DNA from: Acidihalobacter sp.
GTDB taxonomy: Bacteria; Pseudomonadota; Gammaproteobacteria; DSM-5130; Acidihalobacteraceae
Assembly: GCA_027013225.1 (NCBI GenBank)
Contig: JALUXU010000020.1
Coordinates: 239-64,238, forward strand
DNA length: 64,000 nucleotides
Direction of reading: 5' to 3'
How positions within the stretch are numbered: the stretch's first letter is position 1; each line of letters opens with the position of its first letter. The translations under genes were made by a program, and so were the position numbers. Below the pieces are notes generated by a model. The model had not been told where the DNA came from. It worked only from the letters and a program-made list of their open reading frames with translations, and made no database searches. This document shows positions 38,875 to 48,727 of the stretch, one piece after another.

Positions 38875-40338
38875 TCAGCTCTGGGGATCGAGCGACAGGA
38901 CTCCGGCAGTGCGGTCGAGGTCTTCGGCGATCTCGCGGAACTGCTCCAGCGCCGCCTCCAGATCCTCGACGATCTCCTGGGCGATGACCTCCGGCGGCGG
39001 CAGGTTTTCGGTCTCGTTCAGGGATTCGTCCCTGAGCCAGAAGATGTCCAGGCTGGCCTTGTCACGGGCCACCAATTCTTCGTAGTCGTAGGCGCGCCAC
39101 CGGCCTTGCGGGTTGTCCTCGCGCCAGGTGGCCTTGCGCTCGTGGCGCTTCTCGGGCTTGTAGAGCGCGACGAATTCGTCCAGATTCTCGCGCCTGAGCG
39201 GATGGGTCTTGAGGGTGAAGTGCTTGTTGGTGCGCAGGTCGTAGATCCAGAGTTTCTTGGTCCAGGGTTTCTCCGAGGCCGGTTTCTTGTCGAAGAACAG
39301 CACGTTGTCCGGCACCACCACGGCGGCGCGGCCGTTGACCTTGAGCAGGGTCTTGATGTGCTGCACGAAGTTGAGCTGCTTATTGGAGGTGGTGGTCCAG
39401 AAATCGTCGCGCTCGACCGTGTCCTTTTCCTTGCTGACCTTGCCTTCCTCGCCGACGATGGTGGTGCTGCTCTTCTTGCCGAAGGGCGGATTGGTGAGCA
39501 CCAGGTTGAAGTGCTCGCCCGGGTCGGCGGCCAGCGAATCGCCCACCTCGATGGGCTCATACTCCTGGCTGCCGATGCCGTGCAGCAGCAGGTTCATGGT
39601 GCACAGGCGCGCCGTGGCCTGCACCAGCTCCCAGCCCTTGAAGGTCTTTTCCTTGAGGAACTTGCGTTCCGTCTTGGTCATGTGAGGATGGTTCTTCACC
39701 ACATAGTCGTGCGCGGCGAGCAGAAAGCCGCCGGTGCCGCAGGCCGGGTCGCAGACCGTCTCGCCGGGTTCGGGCTGCATCACATCCACGATGGCCTGAA
39801 TCAGCGGACGCGGGGTGAAATACTGTCCGGCGCCGGACTTGGTGTCCTGGGCGTTCTTCTCCAGCAGGCCCTCGTAGGCGTCGCCCTTCACGTCGGCGCT
39901 CAGCGACGACCAGTTTTCCTTGTCGATGAGATCCACGATCAGCCGCCGCAGCTTGGCCGGGTCCTGACAAATTCATCAGGAATGAATTTGGACGCACGGA
40001 GTGCGCCCGCAGGGTGAGCGCCAGGGATGGCGCGAATCAAATTTGTTCTGCGCCTTGTTGAAGATCAGTCCCAGCAGGCCCTTGTCCCGGCCCAGCGTCT
40101 CCAGGGTGTGACGATAGTGATCGAACAGCGCGTCGCCGTCCTTGTTGATCAGGTTCTGCCAGCCGTAACCTGCGGGAACCGGACTCGGTTGCTTGTAGGG
40201 CGGCCGCGAGCGCTCGTCGGCCATCTTCAGAAACAGCAGATAGGTCAGCTGCTCGACGTAGTCGTCGTAGGACATGCCGTCGTCGCGCAGCACGTTGCAG
40301 TAGTTCCAGAGTTTCTGGACGATGTTGGCAGGAGTCAC
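38875..40338 (-). pseudogene. hsdM: Type I R-M methyltransferase, interrupted by a 72-bp insertion and apparently internally deleted
   Basis: IVQKLWNYC N-terminus; GQYFTPR, DPACGTGGF, NPPF; in-frame stops inside the insert at 39967-40038. Confidence 0.9.
39967..40038 (+). mobile_element. 72-bp four-hairpin insertion element (copy A)
   Basis: Removing it restores KAQNKF-QDPAKLRRL in hsdM. Stems: CAAATTCAT/ATGAATTTG, CGCAC/GTGCG, CCC/GGG, GCGCC/GGCGC. Confidence 0.8.
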
Positions 40339-40691
40339 GTCTTCCCCTCTTTGGCCGGCAAGATCAGGCGCAGTCGTGTGGCGAGCGCAGGGATGTCGTC
40401 TGTCGCTGTGTGATACAGGAGTGCATGATCGATCCGCCCGTATTCGTGGGCCAGGATATTCCGTATCCCGATGATTTCACGCCAGGCAAGTTCGGGGTGC
40501 GCATCACGGAAGACTTGAGACAGTGTGCGAGCGGTTTCACCAACCAGTTCCACATCCCGCTCGATCGCTCGCTGAAGCAATCGATTGTCGTGGAATGCCG
40601 CCTCGTCGTGCTCTTTGAGCAGATCCGCGATCTCTTCACAGATTTGCAGCATGTCCCAAAGATACGCCGCATCGCGTTCATCAGGCTGCAT
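40335..40691 (-). CDS. HepT/DUF86 HEPN ribonuclease toxin
   Basis: RNILAHEY = RX4HXY motif; AYLWDML N-terminus. Confidence 0.88.
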   Translation of the reverse strand: MQPDERDAAYLWDMLQICEEIADLLKEHDEAAFHDNRLLQRAIERDVELVGETARTLSQVFRDAHPELAWREIIGIRNILAHEYGRIDHALLYHTATDDIPALATRLRLILPAKEGKT

Positions 40692-41016
40692 ACAACGTCT
40701 CCAGATCCCGCATGATGGTCCGCCGACGATAGGGATTTTCGAGCACGACGGGGGTGACGAGATCGACCCGGCGTCCGCCGAACAGCCGCGAGAATTCATC
40801 CGATATCGTGACCATTTTCCCCAGCGATGGCGCCTTCCCCTCCTCGAACTCCACCATCAGGTCGATGTCGCTGTCCGGCCTCAGCTCGCCGCGCGCCGCC
40901 GAGCCGAACAGCGACAGGCGGCGGATGTCATATTTTCTCGCCAATGCCTGTAACGCCGCCCGAGGCACCTCGAGGCCCTCGGCGATCACGATCATGTCAT
41001 CGGTCTGCCCGTTCAT
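40681..41016 (-). CDS. MntA-like minimal nucleotidyltransferase antitoxin
   Basis: FGSAARGELRPDSDID = GSX10DXD; overlaps the HepT start. Confidence 0.88.
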   Translation of the reverse strand: MNGQTDDMIVIAEGLEVPRAALQALARKYDIRRLSLFGSAARGELRPDSDIDLMVEFEEGKAPSLGKMVTISDEFSRLFGGRRVDLVTPVVLENPYRRRTIMRDLETLYAA

Positions 41017-41024
41017 CTTCAGCC

Positions 41025-41440
41025 TCAGGATACCACCGCCGTCGTGGACTCGCTGGCGGCATCCGCATCGGTCGGGCCCGCGCCCTCATGGCTCGGAACC
41101 AACCGGCCCGAGAAGGCGGCGGCGAGGATGGACTGGCGCAGGCGCTCGGCGCGCTGGAGGTTGGCCTCAACTTGGGCCTCAGTTTCGTGGAGGATGGAGA
41201 GGCGGCGGTCGACTTCGGCGACGATGCGGTGTTGTTCGGCTAGTGGTGGTAGTGGCAATCCGATTGAGCGGAAACGGCCCAAGCTTATTTTCAGCTGAGC
41301 AACGCCTTTCGTTATTCCTAAATATTGCTTGTGAACCAGTTCCGATTCAATTGCATACATGAAGAATCGTCCGGAAAGGACGCCCTTTGAAAGCCTTAAC
41401 TTTATACAGTCCGCAGTAATGATTGCTTTTGGTTTGCCCC
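41025..41440 (-). pseudogene. hsdS: 3' fragment of type I R-M specificity subunit
   Basis: End of an AT-rich TRD followed by LPLPPLAEQHRIVAEVDRRLS...LRQSILAAAFSGRLV; no start codon. Confidence 0.85.
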
Positions 41441-42132
41441 GCGCACCTTGGGGTCGTGCAGGGGCTTGACGGCTTGCTGGATGAGCTTTTCGCGGGCGGC
41501 GGCGAGGGCTTGGTCGGGGATGGGCCGGTCGTCGTCGGGGGCGAGGCCGAGATCGGCCCGGTCCTGTTCGATGTGGCGGTCGGGGTCGAGGGCCTCGACG
41601 ATGCGATGGCTGAGGTCCTTGACGCCGAGGCCCCCGGTCAGCTCGCGCACCTACTGGTCGTCTTCGGCGCTCATGCGGTGTTCCATGCGGGCCAGGCGGC
41701 CGGCGAGGGAGGTGAGCACGTCTTCGTCCGTCGAGCCGAAGGCGACGGCCTGCATGAGCTTGTCGAAGGCGACGGTGGGCTTGCGCTCCATGGGACGGGA
41801 GTCGGTCTTGTCCTGCTCGCAGACGCCGACGGCATCGACGATGACGAAATGGTCCTTGACCTTGGCGTCCGGGGTGACGCTCTGCAGGTCGTCGGGCTTG
41901 ATCACGCGCACGCCGCGGCCCTTCATCTGCTCGAAGAATGCACGGGACTTGACCGCGCGCAGGAACATGACCACCTCCACCGCCTTGATGTCGGTGCCGG
42001 TGGCGATCATGTCCACGGTGACGGCGATCCTGGGCATGGGGCTGGTGCGGAACTCCTGGATCAAGTCCCGGGGTTTCTTGCCGGTGGTGCGGTAGGTGAT
42101 CTTCTGGGCGAAGTCGTTGCCCTTGGCGAATT

Positions 42133-42206
42133 GTCGATGGCGCCTCCTGTGCCATCGCCCTTCGGGCGCACTACGTGCGACCAAATCGGCTGTCCTGCCG
42201 ATTTGT
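42133..42206 (-). mobile_element. 74-bp four-hairpin insertion element (copy B)
   Basis: Removing it restores VREEFAKGNDFAQKITY. Stems: CAAATCGGC/GCCGATTTG, CGCAC/GTGCG, CCC/GGG, CGATGGC/GCCATCG. Confidence 0.8.
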
Positions 42207-42755
42207 CCTCGCGCACGATCTCGACGATGTTCTCGGCGTGCGCATCGTCCTTGGCGAAGATGAGGGTCTTGGGCACCCATTCGCGGCCGGGGAAGATCTC
42301 GGTGAACAGCTTGTCGCGGTAGGTCTGGATGATGGTGCGGATCTGGTCGGGGGCGACCACGTCGCGGTCGAGCTGGTTGGGGTCGTATGCGAACTCGTCG
42401 TCGAGCTGTTCCCAGCGTTTCTTGCGGGTGTCGCGCTCCATGACCTGCACCGCGTAGCCGGATTCCACCTTGCTGCCCTGCTCGCTGATGGCGGTGCGGA
42501 TGCGATAGACGTCGTAGTTGACGTTGACGCCGTCGGCCACGGCCATCTCGTGGTTGTATTCCATCACCAGGTTCTGGTGGAAGAAGCCGAAGGTCTGCTT
42601 GGACGGCGTTGCGGTGAGGCCGATGAGGTAGGCGTCAAAGTATTCGAGCACCTGCGCCCAGAGGTTGTAGATGGAGCGGTGGCATTCGTCGGTGACGATG
42701 ATGTCGAAGGTTTCGATGGGAATATTCGGGTTGTATGCAATCGGCTCCGGTCTGC

Positions 42756-42860
42756 GCGGGAGGCCGCCAGCCGGCGTTGCGGGACTCGCTGCGCTGCTCA
42801 TTGCGCCATCCGGCAATTGCGCTGCCCGCTTGCTTTGCGCCTTGGCTGGCGGCCTCCTGC
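42756..42860. repeat. Palindromic MITE/REP-like element inserted in frame in hsdR
   Basis: Inverted repeats GCGGGAGGCCGCCAGCC (42756-42772) and GGCTGGCGGCCTCCTGC (42844-42860), 16/17 match; encodes a low-complexity extra peptide. Confidence 0.65.
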
Positions 42861-43867
42861 TGTGCCCGGTGGTATCCATCAGGGCGCCCAGTTGATCAAC
42901 CGAGATTTCTTCCAGATCTTCCTCCAGCTCGCGGCCCTTGAGCATGGCGTACAGACGCTGGATGGTGCCGATGCAGACCCGCGCGGTGGTGTCGAGGGTG
43001 TTCGATTGCAGGCGCTGGACGATGTATTCCTCGGTGAACTTGAAGTTGTTGTAGGGCGAGCGGTACTGCTGGAACTCCTTGAGGGTCTGATCGGCGAGGT
43101 TGCCGCGGTCCACCAGGAACAGCACCCGGCGCGCCCCGGCGAACTTGATCAGCCGGTAGATGAAGCTGATGGCGGTGAAGGTCTTGCCCGAGCCGGTGGC
43201 CATCTGGATGAGCGCCCGCGGGCGGTTCTCGCGCAGGGACTGCTCCAGGTTGCGGATGGCCGTGATCTGGGCGGGCCAGAGGCCTTCCTCGATCAGCGGC
43301 GGCATCTGCTGCAGGCGGGCGAGGAAGGTGCCATGTCGGTTTGCGTAAGCGGGCGGCTGCTCGGCGACCTGATCAAATGGTACCGTTTCCAGCCACGCGG
43401 CGAGGGTCTCGGGCCGGTGGAAGGCGAAGATGGGTCTGGATCGGGGCTCCGGGTCAAGGCCGTTGGTGAAGCGCGTCTCGGCGCCGGTGGACTGATAGGA
43501 GAACGGCAGCGGGTTGCGCCAGGCCGGCAGGTTGTCCGGCAGGCCGGTGGTGTACTTGGCCGCCTGCACCTCCACACCGGTGAGCGTGGCGCCCGCCTTC
43601 TTGGCCTCGATGACCCCGGCGGCCTTGCCATCGATGTACAAGCAGGTAGTCCGCGAAGCCGTGGCCGGCCTTGAGGGGAAACTCGCGTATGGCGATGCCG
43701 CGGGCGGCGTGGATGTTGGTGGCGCCGGCGTCGAAGATCGCCCAACCGGCCTGCTTGAGCAGGCGGTCTATGCTTTCTCTGGCCTGATCTTCCAATGCGC
43801 TGGATGCCATCCGGCTGCCTCCCTTTTGCGTGATGCTCCCCGACCCAAACCGATCCAAATGCGGGGC

Positions 43868-43899
43868 TTGACCTTGCACCTTGCTACAGACTTTATACT
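43868..43899 (+). promoter_or_regulatory. MerR-type long-spacer promoter for the copper operon
   Basis: TTGACC-N20-TATACT upstream of the cueR-like gene. Confidence 0.6.
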
Positions 43900-43941
43900 T
43901 GCTCTGAATCCAACGTTACGCGTATAGAGCAGAGGCAAGGC

Positions 43942-44351
43942 ATGGATAAACTTGTGACCATCGGCGCCCTGGCGCGCACCGAACAGCTGGCGCCGGAGAC
44001 GCTGCGCTATTACGAGCGGGTGGGGCTGATTGAGCCGGCCCGCCGCACCGCATCGAACTATCGTTTGTACGGGCCGGAGGCTCGGCGGCGGTTGCGCTTC
44101 ATCCGCCGCGCGCAGGCGCTGGGCTTCTCGCTGGCCGAGATCGGGGAGCTGCTTTCTCTGCACGCCCGGCCCGAAGCGGACATGGGCGAGGTCAAGGCCC
44201 TGGCTGATGAAAAGATCGCCGACATCGAGCGCAAGATTCGTGATCTCGAACGCATGAAGGCGGGGCTCGAAGGCTTGGCCGAGCAATGCCCGGGCCACGG
44301 TTCCACCGCCGAATGCCCCATCCTGGGGGCGCTGCTGAGCGAGGATGCCTG

Positions 44352-44352
<1 letters not shown>
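43942..44352 (+). CDS. cueR: MerR-family metal-responsive regulator, CueR-like
   Basis: TLRYYE HTH; [13 protein letters not shown]; lacks the extra Cys used by divalent-metal MerRs (DMGEV). Confidence 0.75.
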
Positions 44353-46820
<2,468 letters not shown>

Positions 46821-46853
46821 TTTGATCATCCATTCCAACAAGGAGGCATCACC

Positions 46854-47252
46854 ATGAGCAAAATCGTATTTTCCGTTACCAGTCCCATTGATTACGACGC
46901 CACCATCGAGCGCGTCACCGAGGCGCTCAAGAGCGAGGGCTTCGGCGTGCTCACCACCATCGACGTGGCCGCCACGCTGAAGAACAAGCTCGGCGTGGAG
47001 CACAAGCCTTACGTCATTCTCGGCGCCTGCAATCCGAACTACGCCCATCAGGCGCTGCAGGCGGTGCCGGACATCGGCGCGCTGCTGCCCTGCAACGTGG
47101 TGGTGCGCGAGGAGGACGACGGCCGCGTCAGCGTGGTGTTCATGGATCCCGAGTCGGTGCTGGGCCTTATCGCCGATCCCACGGTGGAAAAAGTCGGCCA
47201 TGAAGTGGCCGAGAAGCTGCACCGCGTGGCCGAAGCCGTGGCCAAGGCCTGA
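46854..47252 (+). CDS. DUF302 protein
   Basis: GFGVLTTIDV, ILGACNP, LLPCNVVV. Confidence 0.9.
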   Translation: MSKIVFSVTSPIDYDATIERVTEALKSEGFGVLTTIDVAATLKNKLGVEHKPYVILGACNPNYAHQALQAVPDIGALLPCNVVVREEDDGRVSVVFMDPESVLGLIADPTVEKVGHEVAEKLHRVAEAVAKA

Positions 47253-47279
47253 ATATTCAACACACAACAGGAGAGAAAT

Positions 47280-47486
47280 ATGAGCGACATCAAACTCAAA
47301 GTCACCGGCATGACCTGCGAACACTGTGTGCGCGCCGTCACCAAGGCGCTCGAAAGCGTGCCCGGCGTGGAAAAGGCCGAAGTCACCTTGAAGCCGGGCG
47401 GCGCGGTGGTACACGGCGAGGCCGACCCCGAGCAGTTGATCGCAGCAGTACGCGAAGAAGGCTACGACGCCGAAGTGCAGGACTAG
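47280..47486 (+). CDS. copZ: Copper chaperone (HMA)
   Basis: VTGMTCEHC, 68 aa. Confidence 0.88.
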   Translation: MSDIKLKVTGMTCEHCVRAVTKALESVPGVEKAEVTLKPGGAVVHGEADPEQLIAAVREEGYDAEVQD

Positions 47487-47489
47487 GTC

Positions 47490-47729
47490 ATGGCCGAGGT
47501 TTTGCTTTACACCAGCCCCGGCTGCCCGGACTGCGCGGCCGTCAGGCGCTATCTCGAAGCGCACGGCATCACTTTCGAGGAACGCGACGTGACCGCGCCG
47601 GGCGTGGCCGAGGAGGCCAAATCCCGCTACGGCGTGCGCGTCGCGCCCATCACCGTGATCGGCGATAAGGTGCTGTACGGCACCTTCGCTGAGCAAAAAC
47701 CGCAGCTCGACGCCGCGTTCGGCGGCTGA
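47490..47729 (+). CDS. Glutaredoxin-like protein
   Basis: YTSPGCPDC, VAP cis-Pro. Confidence 0.85.
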   Translation: MAEVLLYTSPGCPDCAAVRRYLEAHGITFEERDVTAPGVAEEAKSRYGVRVAPITVIGDKVLYGTFAEQKPQLDAAFGG

Positions 47730-47750
47730 AGGCTGTCTCACACGAGGAAA

Positions 47751-48446
47751 ATGGAAATGAACAGGAAAGTTTTCACACGCCTTGCCCTGGCGGCCGCCTG
47801 CGCCGCCCTCGTTGTTCCGCCCGCGTTCGCTCAGGGCATGATGGGTGGCGGCCAAGGTGGCCCCGGCATGATGGGTGGCGGCCAAGGTGGCCCCGGCATG
47901 ATGGGTACGATCAACAATCGCCCCGTGGCCCCCGGCTGGGGCGGTGCCACCTGGAATTATGCGCAGGTGAAACGCTATCTGGCTGCTTCGGAGGCGGACG
48001 GCCGCGCCGAGGGCAAGCGCGTGGTGTTCCAGGGGCATGCTGTGACCATCGACATGGTGGCGGTGCAACCCGGGCATCCCGACACCACCTTCGAGGTGCA
48101 TGGCATCACCAATCCGACTCTGGTGGTGCCGGCCGGCGCGACCGTGCATCTCAATCTTGTCAACATGGACTACGGCAACAACATGGAACACGGCGTGATC
48201 ATCACCGCCGCGCCGCCGCCCTATCCGCGCTATCTAATGCAGACCATGGCCCAGTACGGCCCGCCTCTGGCCGGCATCTCGCCGCCGATCCCGTGGCGCA
48301 GCAAGAAAGACCTGAATCAATCGCTGTTCGCCGCGGCCGGTACGACTTTCACCGCCCCGAGCCGACCCGGTGTCTACTGGTACGTATGCCAAACGCCTGA
48401 GCATGCCGAGAAGGGCATGTACGGCAAGTTCGTGGTGACGGGATGA
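47751..48446 (+). CDS. Rusticyanin/sulfocyanin-like type-1 blue copper protein
   Basis: Signal peptide; FEVHGITNPTLVVPAGATV; ligands H(MEHG), C-H-M in YVCQTPEHAEKGMYG. Confidence 0.82.
   Translation: MEMNRKVFTRLALAAACAALVVPPAFAQGMMGGGQGGPGMMGGGQGGPGMMGTINNRPVAPGWGGATWNYAQVKRYLAASEADGRAEGKRVVFQGHAVTIDMVAVQPGHPDTTFEVHGITNPTLVVPAGATVHLNLVNMDYGNNMEHGVIITAAPPPYPRYLMQTMAQYGPPLAGISPPIPWRSKKDLNQSLFAAAGTTFTAPSRPGVYWYVCQTPEHAEKGMYGKFVVTG
47835..47906 (+). repeat. 30-bp tandem repeat (2.4 copies) encoding GMMGGGQGGP
   Basis: GGCATGATGGGTGGCGGCCAAGGTGGCCCC x2 plus GGCATGATGGGT. Confidence 0.95.
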
Positions 48447-48456
48447 GGAGCCGCAT

Positions 48457-48717
48457 ATGCCTTATGGATACGGCCCTGGCGGTTTCGGTGGCATGTGGTG
48501 GGGGCCTGTCGTGGGTTTCCTGATCATGCTGGCGGTGCTGGCCGCTGTGGTGTGGGTGATCGTCGCAGTGGCGCGCTCGGCCTGGAAGGGACGAGAGGAA
48601 CCTCCACCACCATTGCCGCGCCGCGACAGCGCGCTGGAAGCGTTGCGCGAACGCTACGCCCGCGGCGAGATCGACCGCGACACCTACGAACGCATGCGGC
48701 GCGACCTTGAGCGCTGA
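48457..48717 (+). CDS. SHOCT-domain small membrane protein
   Basis: TM then ALEALRERYARGEIDRDTYERMR. Confidence 0.88.
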   Translation: MPYGYGPGGFGGMWWGPVVGFLIMLAVLAAVVWVIVAVARSAWKGREEPPPPLPRRDSALEALRERYARGEIDRDTYERMRRDLER

Positions 48718-48727
48718 AAGGTATCTC

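Larger units (their letters stand above)
41441..43810 (-). pseudogene. hsdR: Type I R-M restriction subunit (EcoEI-like), multiply disrupted
   Basis: ADYLL/YIDGKAAGVIEAKK, MATGSGKT, DECHRS, LTATP, VDMIATGTD, QMKGRG. Lesions: frameshift near 43645, 74-bp insert, TAG at 41651-41653, 3' truncation. Confidence 0.9.

Noticed and set aside
38827-40017. 396-aa plus-strand ORF, and similar 42175-43674 / 41423-42322 ORFs
   Set aside because: Antisense shadows of hsdM/hsdR caused by GC3 bias.
39967-42206. The four-hairpin inserts as tRNA genes or CRISPR repeats
   Set aside because: No acceptor stem, CCA end or T-loop consensus; they are not arrayed with spacers.
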